The position numbers were made by a program, and so were the translations under genes. A stretch of DNA of 64,000 nt from a virus (Duplodnaviria > Caudoviricetes). The notes under the pieces are model-generated. The model ran no database searches. It was not told the DNA's origin and saw nothing but the letters and a program-made list of their open reading frames with translations. The stretch lies in IMG/VR virus record IMGVR_UViG_2918987250_000001, positions 1 to 64,000 of that record; one strand, 5' to 3'. Below are positions 9,243 through 17,867 of this stretch, piece after piece (the stretch's first letter is position 1; the number at the start of each line of letters is the position of its first letter).

Positions 9243-9281
9243 CTAAAGTCTTTCTGTGCGTTGTTGCGTTCGCACTACTGT

Positions 9282-9303
9282 TATAGCTGTGCGAACGCGG
9301 GTT
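9282..9303 (-). promoter_or_regulatory. Promoter-like motif AACCCG-N10-GCTATA
   Basis: Exact match upstream of rIIA. Confidence 0.75.
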
Positions 9304-9307
9304 GTAA

Positions 9308-9325
9308 CAAGTAAGTGCTGACTTA
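9308..9325. promoter_or_regulatory. 18-bp palindromic site
   Basis: CAAGTAAGTGCTGACTTA. Confidence 0.8.
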
Positions 9326-9928
9326 CTAATGGAGAGATGAGGACGCGCGCTTCTTGGCGTTCTCGGTCAACCAGTCGGCGATAACTTCGCAAACACCCTG
9401 GAGACGCTTGTCGGGGTCAGTCGTGGAGACCCGAATGGACATCGGACCCCTGAGCATCTGCATGGCGCCTTCCATGATCCAGTGGGTGTGCCACTGGTAG
9501 GCGCGGTTGGGCGGCGCCTTGCCTTCCGCCATCTCGTAGGTGGGGAGCGGGCAGGGGACGAAGATCATGGCGAAGTTCCGGTTCGCCATCGTCAGCGCCC
9601 GCTCGCAGTAGTCGCGGATGCGCTCGCCCTGCTCGGGCGTGGTCGCGTGCATGCCGACCTCGGCCATCATGTAGCCGATGAGGTCGATGGGCGTCCGGTC
9701 CACGATGGTCGGCCGGTCCAGGCTGCCGAGGATCTCGCCGTAGGCCTTGAGGTAGGCGTCCTGGGCGGCGAGCCGTTCCTCGATCGGCAGGTTGCCGATG
9801 TTCTCGTAGCCGGCCGCCTTCATGATCTCGGCCGTCTTCATCTCGAAGTAGGGGAGTCCGAGCGCCTCGCCGGCCGCGCGGGCGAGAGTGGACTTGCCGG
9901 TGCGCGATGCACCCGTGAACCCGATCAT
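9326..9928 (-). CDS. P-loop kinase (putative dNMP kinase, AAA_28-like)
   Basis: GASRTGKS Walker A, DRTPID motif; next to dut and thyX. Confidence 0.75.
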   Translation of the reverse strand: MIGFTGASRTGKSTLARAAGEALGLPYFEMKTAEIMKAAGYENIGNLPIEERLAAQDAYLKAYGEILGSLDRPTIVDRTPIDLIGYMMAEVGMHATTPEQGERIRDYCERALTMANRNFAMIFVPCPLPTYEMAEGKAPPNRAYQWHTHWIMEGAMQMLRGPMSIRVSTTDPDKRLQGVCEVIADWLTENAKKRASSSLH

Positions 9929-10179
9929 GTTGCGTCCTTGATGAGCCTGTAGGCGCGACCGAAGCGCTCGAGGCGGATGAAGCGGTTGGATCTGCGGAAC
10001 TCCGGCGCGCTCGCCGGCCGCGTCGAAACGCGAGCGACCGGGACGCGCCTGGTTCGGGTGAGGCCCAGCACCGGCTGGACCTCCTCGATCGTGTCGATGG
10101 CATCGACGCGCACGTAGCGCGCCTCGCCACCCTTCAGACGATCGGCCGCCATCCAGACCTGGCCGACCTGGACGCTCAA
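9925..10179 (-). CDS. Hypothetical protein
   Basis: 84 aa, coupled on both sides. Confidence 0.6.
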   Translation of the reverse strand: MSVQVGQVWMAADRLKGGEARYVRVDAIDTIEEVQPVLGLTRTRRVPVARVSTRPASAPEFRRSNRFIRLERFGRAYRLIKDAT

Positions 10180-10922
10180 TGCGCGCGTTCCTTCACGAGG
10201 CCCGCAGCCGCCTCCTCGGGCTCAGCGTCGAGCCACTTGGTGAGGGTTACGGGCAGGGATGCCTGCTCGGCGCGGGCACGGTCGAAGGCATCCTGGCGCA
10301 TCGCCCGGAAGCCGAGCTCGGCGATCGGCGAGAGGCGAACCGGCACCTCGTGGTGCTCAAGCGTGCGCACGATCGGAGCGCCGGTGACGAAGCCGCCCGA
10401 GTGGAAGCGCGGGGCGCTCGCCTTCTCTTCCTCAGTCCACGGCCGGATCTTGCCGCCCTCGATGACCGTGATCGCCGAGACACCCGTGGAGCCGAAGCCG
10501 CCGTCGCGATCGGTGGTGCCGAGATCCTCGACCTCATCGAAGATCGCCTGGAACACCGGCAAGATGACACCCTGCGCGATGCGGTCGCCGGGGTTCACCA
10601 CGAACTGCTGGTAGTGGGTGTTGTGGAGGATGATGCCGATGCCCTTGCGGTAGTCCGCATCGATCACGCCCGGCCCGTTGTGGACCGTGATCTTGGACTT
10701 GGCCGACAGGCCGGAGCGCGGGCAGATGAACAGCGCCAGGTGGGCCGGGATCGCCATCGCAATGCCGGTCGGGAACGTCACGGTCTCGCCGGGAGCGATG
10801 ATGACGGGCTCCTGGATGTCAGCATGGAAGTCCATGCCGGCAGAGCCCGGCGTGCCGTAGGTCGGGATGATCGCGGTCTCGGTGAGACGCTTGATGCGGA
10901 CGGGGACGGGGATCGGGTTCAC
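10176..10922 (-). CDS. dut: Trimeric dUTPase with C-terminal extension
   Basis: AGMD, PRSGL, GVIDADY, RIAQ, RDGGFGSTG motifs I-V. Confidence 0.95.
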   Translation of the reverse strand: MNPIPVPVRIKRLTETAIIPTYGTPGSAGMDFHADIQEPVIIAPGETVTFPTGIAMAIPAHLALFICPRSGLSAKSKITVHNGPGVIDADYRKGIGIILHNTHYQQFVVNPGDRIAQGVILPVFQAIFDEVEDLGTTDRDGGFGSTGVSAITVIEGGKIRPWTEEEKASAPRFHSGGFVTGAPIVRTLEHHEVPVRLSPIAELGFRAMRQDAFDRARAEQASLPVTLTKWLDAEPEEAAAGLVKERAH

Positions 10923-11188
10923 GCTGCGATGTCCTGGTTGCGCTCGGAGGCCTCGGCCTCGGCGGAATGAATGAGGAAGCTGCCGGCCGCATCGAGCGCG
11001 TCTTCGTGCGTCTCCTCGGGGCCGTGCAGAACGACTTCGGTCGAGGGCACCCCAGCGCGCGGGAAGGCGAAGTAGAAGCCGGGCGTCAGGCGCTCGTGCC
11101 CCTCGGGGATCTCGATGATGTTGACGGTGATCTTCGCGATCGGCTCGCCGGTCTCCTCGACGATCTCGACCATACCTGCTGCGCTCAT
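10919..11188 (-). CDS. Hypothetical protein
   Basis: 89 aa, GAGGA RBS. Confidence 0.7.
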   Translation of the reverse strand: MSAAGMVEIVEETGEPIAKITVNIIEIPEGHERLTPGFYFAFPRAGVPSTEVVLHGPEETHEDALDAAGSFLIHSAEAEASERNQDIAA

Positions 11189-11199
11189 GGGGTCCTCTG

Positions 11200-11217
11200 C
11201 AAGTCAGTGCTGACTTA
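11200..11217. promoter_or_regulatory. 18-bp palindromic site
   Basis: CAAGTCAGTGCTGACTTA. Confidence 0.85.
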
Positions 11218-11255
11218 ACTTTATGGCCGCCGGATGTCCAGCGGCCAGGTGACGC

Positions 11256-11471
11256 TTACGCCTGCTTCTTGGCGACGGACCCACCCTTGCGGCCGGCGGC
11301 GCGGGCGAGCTCGGGGTTCTTCGAGAACGCGCGGCTCTCGGCCGGGATCGAGCGACCACCCTTCGAGGCGATCTCCTTGCGGCGCTCGGGGGAGAGGCTC
11401 GCGAAGCCGCGCATGTGGATGCGGCTCTCCTTCTTCGGCTTCTCGGCGGTGTCGGTGTTCTGGTCGCTCAT
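11256..11471 (-). CDS. KGG-repeat general stress protein (GsiB/YciG-like)
   Basis: RGFASLSPERRKEIASKGG...FSKNPELARAAGRKGG. Confidence 0.88.
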   Translation of the reverse strand: MSDQNTDTAEKPKKESRIHMRGFASLSPERRKEIASKGGRSIPAESRAFSKNPELARAAGRKGGSVAKKQA

Positions 11472-11525
11472 GGCGGATGTCCTGCTTGTCGGTTTGGAGG
11501 ATTGGCGCCAACGATCCTTGGCGCC
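11470..11525. repeat. Phased octamer array H
   Basis: atggcgga/.../ttgtcggt/ttggagga/ttggcgcc/aacgatcc/ttggcgcc. Confidence 0.7.
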
Positions 11526-11531
11526 CGATTT

Positions 11532-12440
11532 TTACGCTGCCGCGGCCGGGGCCGAGGGGTCGTTTGCCGCTTCCGGGATCGTCACGTCGCCGTCGTAGGC
11601 GCCATCAAAGACGGCCTCGTTGGCGAGCAGCTTGCGGTGCTGGATCCAGCCGCGCAGGCTCCCGTGCAGATGCGCGGCCTTCCAGGGATTGCGGCTCAGA
11701 ATGCCGGGCACGTCGGGCGTGGCCTGGTGCTCGGCCGGCGAGGCGTGAACCGGCTGCGAGACGACGAGGCGATCGAAGCGGGCCTTCTCCGCGACCATGT
11801 CGCCGGCGCCGTCGAACGGCTCGATGGTGAGGCGCGCGCACCGGGCCGTGGACAGCACGAGCTGATCCTGGATCACGAGCGTGGCGCGCTCGTTCTCGGA
11901 GACGTAGGGCAGGTGCCACTGGCCGGGCTGGAGCAGGCGCGGCGTCGAGGCGTCCATCGCTTCGCGGATCTTCTGCGCGAGCACGCGGATCTCGGGCTGG
12001 GCGCCGTTGTCGAGGCGCAGGGCCAGGAAGTTCGCCCAGTCGGTCGCCGTCACCAGCACGTCGATCGAGCCGAACCACTCGAGCGGACGGTTGGCCCACT
12101 GCTTGTGCAGCCCGACCCAGTGCAGGGCACGCACGCCGAGCTTGTTCATGTGGGCCATGCCGACCCAGATCGCCTTGGCGAGGAACTTGCGCCAGGTGGG
12201 AAGCTCGTCGCCGGCCGACATGCCGGGCTTGTTCGAGCCCCAGAACAGCGGGAGGACGATGCTCTCCTTGAGCAGACGCAGCACCGGGACGGCGCGGCTG
12301 CTGCGGCCATTCCGGTTGAAGACGCGGTGCGTCATGAACTCGGCGTGGATGAAGCGCGGGTAGCGGAGCTGGATCGAGAGGAGCCGGATGCCGCTGGGCG
12401 ACAGGCTGTCCTCGATCACACGGGCGGAAATCTCGGTCAT
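11532..12440 (-). CDS. thyX: FAD-dependent thymidylate synthase (phage type)
   Basis: PRFIHAEFMTHRVFNRN..SSRAVP, AQPEI, STARCAR, HASPAEHQA. Confidence 0.9.
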   Translation of the reverse strand: MTEISARVIEDSLSPSGIRLLSIQLRYPRFIHAEFMTHRVFNRNGRSSRAVPVLRLLKESIVLPLFWGSNKPGMSAGDELPTWRKFLAKAIWVGMAHMNKLGVRALHWVGLHKQWANRPLEWFGSIDVLVTATDWANFLALRLDNGAQPEIRVLAQKIREAMDASTPRLLQPGQWHLPYVSENERATLVIQDQLVLSTARCARLTIEPFDGAGDMVAEKARFDRLVVSQPVHASPAEHQATPDVPGILSRNPWKAAHLHGSLRGWIQHRKLLANEAVFDGAYDGDVTIPEAANDPSAPAAAA

Positions 12441-12460
12441 GTGCTGCTCGGGGTGAGTGA

Positions 12461-12478
12461 TAAGTCAGTGCTTACTTA
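12461..12478. promoter_or_regulatory. 18-bp palindromic site just downstream of promoter
   Basis: TAAGTCAGTGCTTACTTA. Confidence 0.85.
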
Positions 12479-12483
12479 TCTGT

Positions 12484-12505
12484 TATAGCGAGCGCATCTC
12501 GGGTT
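12484..12505 (-). promoter_or_regulatory. Promoter-like motif AACCCG-N10-GCTATA
   Basis: Exact match upstream of thyX. Confidence 0.75.
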
Positions 12506-12524
12506 TTCGCAGGGTTCACGCACG

Positions 12525-12551
12525 AAAAAGCCCCGCATCTCTGCGGGGCTT
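12525..12551 (-). terminator. Intrinsic terminator
   Basis: AAGCCCCGCA-TCTC-TGCGGGGCTT with U-tract on minus strand. Confidence 0.75.
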
Positions 12552-12555
12552 CTGG

Positions 12556-12720
12556 TCACTCAGGCACGAGCTCGGCGCGCATGCCGTGCTCCACGATGAA
12601 GACGGCGAGGCGGTTCTCATCGAACCGCAGCCCGAGGGACGCGACGAACGCCGCGACCCCGAGCAGGGGACGGACCCACCAGCGACGGTGGACCTGGACC
12701 CGGTAGTAGGTCTGCGCCAC
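12556..12720 (-). CDS. Small hypothetical protein
   Basis: GTG start overlapping the RNR stop; about 54 aa. Confidence 0.5.
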   Translation of the reverse strand: MAQTYYRVQVHRRWWVRPLLGVAAFVASLGLRFDENRLAVFIVEHGMRAELVPE

Positions 12721-15254
12721 TAGGCGGCCTTCTCGTCGCTGTTGAAGTCGATCGGGCAGCCACCGCTCCCGCAATCGACGTGCTCGAAGCCGATCTCCTC
12801 CTTCACCGCGTTGTCGTTCGCGATGGCCGAGGCGATCTTCTCGAACTCCAGCTTCGTCACCGGCTGTTCGGGCTGATACTCGTAGGCCGTGGTGTCGGCC
12901 TGCGGCATCACCGAGCAGCAGCGGATCGAGAACTGGCCCTCGATCAGGGTCTCGAGGAAGTCACTGTAGGCGACCTTCTTCGGGTCATACTTCAGCGTGT
13001 AGGAGACCTGGTTGCCGGACTCCTCGAGCGGCGTGACGCCGTCCTCCTCGACACCGCGGATCCAATACTTCTCCAGGAGGCGCAGGAACTCATACTGCTC
13101 CTCCGGGGTCGCCTCGGCCGCGGTCACGACCCACTTGCCGTCACCCAGCTCACAGATCGCGGGCTTGGTCGGGAAGCCGACGATGGTGGTGCCGGAGTAG
13201 GTCTTGAGACGCTTCACCGGGTAGCCCTTCTCCTCGTAGACGGCCACGAGGGGATCGTCGTTGCGGAACTGCACCCAGCGCAGGAACTCACGCATGGACG
13301 GCAGATGCGCGCCCTCGGTGAGGCCGAACAGCTTCGAGGTGGTCCCGGCCGGCTTGAACGTGGTGTTCGTGTGCGGGACGGTCACGCCGAGCAGCTCGGA
13401 GAACTCGCGCGCCTCCTCCACGATGGCACGCTTGAAGCGCGACAGCGTGAGCCACATGGCCTTGGACTTCTCCTCGTCCACGATGTCGTGCCAGGTGAAG
13501 CCGAAGCGGTTGTAGGCCCACTCGTGGAAGCCGGTGATGCCGACGCCGATGCGGTTGGTGCGCTTCACCTCGCGACCGTAGAGGCAGTCCATCGTGTTCG
13601 TGCGGATCAGCGCACGGGTCGCGACGCGGAAGGCGTCCTCGGCATCGTCATCGTTGGCGGCGTGGAACGGCACCACGTCAGCGATGACGCAGTATGCGCC
13701 GAGCATCAGCAGGCAGATCTCCCCGCACGGGTTCGTAATCATCGGCCAGCCCAAGCGGGCGCAGGCCACGACCAGCGACTTCATCAGCGGCAGGGTCTCG
13801 GGGTCGAGCTTGAACTTGGCGCTCTCGGCGATGAGACCGTCGAGGTAGGCGTCGAGCCCGTCCGGCTTGTGCGTCAGGCGGTCCTGGTTGATGAAGCCCG
13901 GCTCGCCCGTGCCGTCGTGATAGGCGGCGTGAGCAGCAGCACGGAGCACCCGGTAGGCGTGCGCCTCGTCCTTGGTGACGCGAGCGAAGAACCCGAACAC
14001 CCGGCCCTTCGTCAGCGCTTCGAGCTTCGCCTCGAGGATCGGGCCGTCCTGGAGATGGCCGACCAGCGGATGCAGCTTGCGCACCGCGGCCCGGAACTCC
14101 TCGTCGATCGTCACCGAGTTGTTCGACGACCAGAGGAAGCCACCGCGCTTGATGCCGATGAAGTCCAGGACCGTGCGGTCCTTCCAGAACTTCGTCGCCA
14201 TGCGGGCAGCGCGACGAGCGCCACCCACGAGCACGCACTCGGCGGCGTAGTGGTCGGCGTAGAGGGCCGCGAGCCACGGCGCCATGCCGGCGTCACGGAT
14301 CTTGGCGATCGAGGCGATGGCGCCCATCAGCGGACCCGGACCCGAGGCCGGCCGGCCCTGCATCCCGGCGATCGGAGCACCGTTCGGGCGCACGTCGGTG
14401 AACTCGAGGATCAGGACTTCCTCGCGACGCTTCTCGAAGGCGAAGCGCTCGATGATCTCGACGGCCTTGGCCCAACCCTCGCGGGAATCCGGCACCCGGA
14501 ACGTCGTGATCTTGCGGCCCTGGTAGAGGTGGCGCGCGTCACGCTCCGTCAGGAAGCCGGTGATCTTGCCCGAGGCCACGTCGTCGTGGCTCCAGTCGAT
14601 GACCGGCACGACGATCGGCATGTCGTTGAGGTCGGCGCGGATCATCGCGTCGGAGTAGTCGCGACCGACGCCCGAGCCGTTGAGCAGCAGGTAGAACAGG
14701 AGGAAGGTCGTCGCGGACGTGGAGCAGTTCGTGAACACCTCCATGTTGCGGTCGCCCTGGGTGGCGTCGCCGTGCTGAAGGTGCCGACCCGACATCAGGA
14801 TCGAGGCCTGACGCAGGTGGTGATGCATCGCCGAGAACTCCTCGGTGAAGATGCGGTTGGTCTCGCCGTCGAACATCGCCTCGACCGGGTCCAGGTGAGC
14901 CGGCTTCAGACGCGGATCGAGCGAGGCGTTCCCCATCGCGACGCGATAGGCGACATCGGCCCATTCCTCGGTCACGACGACGTGGGGCGGGATGAACCAG
15001 CCGGAGACGGTTTCATCGTCGCCGTGGTCCACATGGTATTCGGACGGGTTGCCGTAGCCGGACGCCTTGGCGAAGGCCGCGACCTGGCTGTCGAGGCTCG
15101 TGGTGTCGTCGCGGGCGATCTTGAAGGTGACGACGGCCTCGGCCGTGTAGGGCTTGTTGATCTTGCGGTTGACGGTGCGGTCGGCGACCGCCTGCCCCAT
15201 GCCGGGGAAGTAGGAGCGAGCCGGCGTCAGCGACTCGGGGAAAAGACCAGCCAT
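12720..15254 (-). CDS. nrdJ: Class II (B12-dependent) ribonucleotide reductase
   Basis: FTNCS, GEPG, TNPCGEI, KPAGTTS and C-terminal CGSGGCP; no beta subunit nearby. Confidence 0.88.
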   Translation of the reverse strand: MAGLFPESLTPARSYFPGMGQAVADRTVNRKINKPYTAEAVVTFKIARDDTTSLDSQVAAFAKASGYGNPSEYHVDHGDDETVSGWFIPPHVVVTEEWADVAYRVAMGNASLDPRLKPAHLDPVEAMFDGETNRIFTEEFSAMHHHLRQASILMSGRHLQHGDATQGDRNMEVFTNCSTSATTFLLFYLLLNGSGVGRDYSDAMIRADLNDMPIVVPVIDWSHDDVASGKITGFLTERDARHLYQGRKITTFRVPDSREGWAKAVEIIERFAFEKRREEVLILEFTDVRPNGAPIAGMQGRPASGPGPLMGAIASIAKIRDAGMAPWLAALYADHYAAECVLVGGARRAARMATKFWKDRTVLDFIGIKRGGFLWSSNNSVTIDEEFRAAVRKLHPLVGHLQDGPILEAKLEALTKGRVFGFFARVTKDEAHAYRVLRAAAHAAYHDGTGEPGFINQDRLTHKPDGLDAYLDGLIAESAKFKLDPETLPLMKSLVVACARLGWPMITNPCGEICLLMLGAYCVIADVVPFHAANDDDAEDAFRVATRALIRTNTMDCLYGREVKRTNRIGVGITGFHEWAYNRFGFTWHDIVDEEKSKAMWLTLSRFKRAIVEEAREFSELLGVTVPHTNTTFKPAGTTSKLFGLTEGAHLPSMREFLRWVQFRNDDPLVAVYEEKGYPVKRLKTYSGTTIVGFPTKPAICELGDGKWVVTAAEATPEEQYEFLRLLEKYWIRGVEEDGVTPLEESGNQVSYTLKYDPKKVAYSDFLETLIEGQFSIRCCSVMPQADTTAYEYQPEQPVTKLEFEKIASAIANDNAVKEEIGFEHVDCGSGGCPIDFNSDEKAA

Positions 15255-15291
15255 TGTGCTTTCGTTTCGTTCGAGGGGAAGGAAGAGTAGA

Positions 15292-15309
15292 TAAGTCAGC
15301 GCTGACTTA
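15292..15309. promoter_or_regulatory. 18-bp perfect palindrome
   Basis: TAAGTCAGCGCTGACTTA. Confidence 0.9.
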
Positions 15310-15332
15310 CCAGACTGGACAAACGCAGACGG

Positions 15333-15902
15333 CTATGCCGCCAGCGCCCGCGGCCTCCAGACGGAGAGGAGACGGCGAAATTCGTCGGTGAGCACGCCGG
15401 CCTCGGCGACCGCGATGGCGTCGGCCAAGTGCTCGTTCTTGGCGATCAGCGCGCCGTTCGGGTTGTTGCGCGCCCGCAGCCAGGTCGGGTGCGGATACTT
15501 CTCGACCGCCCAGTCGATCATCTGCTGCTTCGAGGCGGACTTGCCGAGGCCGGTCACGTCCTTGGTCTCGAGCGGCATGACCTGCACGATGGGCGTGGGC
15601 GAGCCGCCGAGGATGCCGCAGACGATGCCGAAGGCGCGGGCCGCCTTGGCGTCCTGGGCGCCCGAGGGGATCTCGGAAAACACCAGGGTCCGGCCGACGG
15701 CCGCCTTGTGGAACGCCTTGTAGAGCTTGGTCGAGCGCACGAGGTCGTCGGAGGTGACGCGGGCCTGCTTGACCTTCGTCTTCTCGGTCTCGGTGAGGAT
15801 CAGCTCCTCCAGCTCGAGCTCGAGGGTGTCGGTGTCGAGCAGCATCTTCGCCATGCCCCAGGCGGTGAAGCTCGGGTCGCACGAAAGGATCGGGATCTTC
15901 AT
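15333..15902 (-). CDS. ruvC: RuvC-like Holliday junction resolvase
   Basis: ILSCDPS..WG, SE, ASKQQM, EHLADAIA; start reassigned. Confidence 0.8.
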   Translation of the reverse strand: MKIPILSCDPSFTAWGMAKMLLDTDTLELELEELILTETEKTKVKQARVTSDDLVRSTKLYKAFHKAAVGRTLVFSEIPSGAQDAKAARAFGIVCGILGGSPTPIVQVMPLETKDVTGLGKSASKQQMIDWAVEKYPHPTWLRARNNPNGALIAKNEHLADAIAVAEAGVLTDEFRRLLSVWRPRALAA

Positions 15903-16213
15903 GACCATGTGCCCCATTCGGGGCTCTCCAGTTCGGGCGCCTCGGGCGCCGTGGGTGAAAGGGTGATCGGCACGCCCATGTCCTCGCCGGCGTCGTGATG
16001 CTGGCGCCAGCCGGGTGTGGTCGTCGTGTCGGTGAGCTGGACGAAGGTGCGCCGCTCGGTGACGACGTAGGAAGACACGCCGCCGTAGGGTGAGGTGTGC
16101 TCCTGGGTGTCCGTCTCGATCGCGACCTCGACCACGGTGCCCTCGAGGAGCGTGCCGTCTTCGAGTTCGATGCGGGCGATGCCCGACGTGCGGAATCTGT
16201 CGCGCGTCACCAC
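15899..16213 (-). CDS. Hypothetical protein with C-terminal WGTW tag
   Basis: Ends ESPEWGTWS. Confidence 0.7.
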   Translation of the reverse strand: MVTRDRFRTSGIARIELEDGTLLEGTVVEVAIETDTQEHTSPYGGVSSYVVTERRTFVQLTDTTTTPGWRQHHDAGEDMGVPITLSPTAPEAPELESPEWGTWS

Positions 16214-16833
16214 GTCCCCCAGAGCGGGTTGGTGGCTGCGTCGAGCTCGTCCTCACGCGCCCGCGCCTCGGCTGCTTTCGCCCGACGCTCCTGCACGATG
16301 TGCTGGATGCGGTGAGCGTAGCGATCCTCGACCTCGTCCTGTCGCTTGCGCACCGCGTCCGTGTATTCGACGATCGCCAGGCTATCCCGGCCGTCGAGGC
16401 GCATCCACGGACGCTCCTCGTTGAGCGGGGAGGGGGTCCAGACGAACGCACCCTTGCGCATCACCATCGTCTGCTCGTTGCCGAAGGTGAAATGGCGATG
16501 CCGAACGACGGTGTCGTCGAAGGCGATGTTGCCGCCCTGGAGCTGGATCGGAGCGACGATCGCCGGCCGGGGCAGCTTCACCGCGCCGACCTCGGACGCG
16601 AACACGAAGTCGATCGACAGGATGCGGAAGCAATCCGTCGGCGCGGATTTCATCGTTCCCGGCTCAACGAGGCCGATGTCCTCGATGTAGCGCTCGATCC
16701 GCGCCTCGAACCAGAGCCCGTTCAGCTTGAACAGGCGCCGGGGATCGGGCGCTGAGCCGCGGATGCGCTGCGGCGTCCCGTAGAACACGCAGTCGTGCCC
16801 GAGGGCCGCTTGGAACTCCTCGCAGAGCCTCAC
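16207..16833 (-). CDS. Hypothetical protein with C-terminal WGTW tag
   Basis: Ends ATNPLWGTW; GTGA-coupled start. Confidence 0.75.
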   Translation of the reverse strand: MRLCEEFQAALGHDCVFYGTPQRIRGSAPDPRRLFKLNGLWFEARIERYIEDIGLVEPGTMKSAPTDCFRILSIDFVFASEVGAVKLPRPAIVAPIQLQGGNIAFDDTVVRHRHFTFGNEQTMVMRKGAFVWTPSPLNEERPWMRLDGRDSLAIVEYTDAVRKRQDEVEDRYAHRIQHIVQERRAKAAEARAREDELDAATNPLWGTW

Positions 16834-17357
16834 CAGGTTCCCCACATCGGGTTGTCGGCGTAGGCGTCGGCCTGCGAGCGCTTGGCGTCGGCTTCGCGCT
16901 TGAGCTCCAAGGCGGCGAGCAGCTCGGGCATCGCGGCCCGGAAGGTGCCAACGGCGCTCGCCAGCGAGGCGTTGGAGGCGATGAAGGGCGCGTCCAGGTC
17001 CTCGAGCTCGGCGTCTGCCTGCGCCTTCGCGAGGTAGGTCGCGAGCGCATTCACGAACGCGCTCTCGGTCTCGCCGAAGAGGTGCAGCTTGGCGCCGTCC
17101 AGCTCGGCGTGGAGATAATCGACCGTGTCCATCGCGGTCATCTGAGCGATGACCTGGCCGCGGCCGCCGAGGCGAACGCCGGTGAGGAGGAACTCCTCGA
17201 CGCCCTTGAACTTCATCGTCTTGAACGGCCGGTTCGGGTCGTTGTAGGCGACCGGCAAGCTCATCGGTCCGGGCAACTGCATCAGGCGGCTGTCGCAGAC
17301 CGGAGCCAGCGCCGCGATGATGTGGCCGTTGGTATCGAGTTCCTTCGTCATCCCCAT
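16830..17357 (-). CDS. Hypothetical protein with C-terminal WGTW tag
   Basis: Ends ADNPMWGTW. Confidence 0.8.
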   Translation of the reverse strand: MGMTKELDTNGHIIAALAPVCDSRLMQLPGPMSLPVAYNDPNRPFKTMKFKGVEEFLLTGVRLGGRGQVIAQMTAMDTVDYLHAELDGAKLHLFGETESAFVNALATYLAKAQADAELEDLDAPFIASNASLASAVGTFRAAMPELLAALELKREADAKRSQADAYADNPMWGTW

Positions 17358-17361
17358 CTCG

Positions 17362-17379
17362 TGAGTAAGCGCTGACTTA
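17362..17379. promoter_or_regulatory. 18-bp palindromic site
   Basis: TGAGTAAGCGCTGACTTA; a GCTATA -10-like element lies at 17385-17390. Confidence 0.8.
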
Positions 17380-17595
17380 TGCGTTATAGCGAGGTTCGAT
17401 CGCTCTTTCGCACCTTTTCAGGTCGGCCTTCGTGTTGAGGATCGAGCGATGATCGGATGGCGTGGTCGCCGAAATGACGACCGCGCCGGTGGCGATGAAG
17501 ATCCAGCGGAGGTGGCAGCCCTTGGTCTGCTCGACCTTCCAGCCCTCCTTCTTCTTCTGGCGCACGAGCGCCCTCATGTCCCCGCGCAGGCTCAT
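17377..17595 (-). CDS. HicA-like small basic protein
   Basis: GWKVEQTKGCHLRW...V..TPSD pattern; 72 aa. Confidence 0.55.
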   Translation of the reverse strand: MSLRGDMRALVRQKKKEGWKVEQTKGCHLRWIFIATGAVVISATTPSDHRSILNTKADLKRCERAIEPRYNA

Positions 17596-17867
17596 GACAC
17601 CCGGACCCCGAGCTCCGCGAGCTTGCCCGTGAGGGAGCAATCCTGCTCGTTGAGGTGCGTCTCGAAGGCGGCGAGCAAGTCACCCAGGAGACCGCCGCGG
17701 TCGCCCTGCTTCATCTCGAGGGTGCCGCCGTCGGCGTCGAAGCGGATATGGACGTGATCGAAGGAGGTGCGATTGCTCTTCAACACATCCAGCTTGTCGC
17801 GGATCCACTTACGCTGCTGGGTGAGGCTGCGGATTTCCTCAATCTGCTTTTCCGTTAACTCGATCAC
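17592..17867 (-). CDS. Hypothetical protein
   Basis: 91 aa, coupled. Confidence 0.7.
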   Translation of the reverse strand: MIELTEKQIEEIRSLTQQRKWIRDKLDVLKSNRTSFDHVHIRFDADGGTLEMKQGDRGGLLGDLLAAFETHLNEQDCSLTGKLAELGVRVS

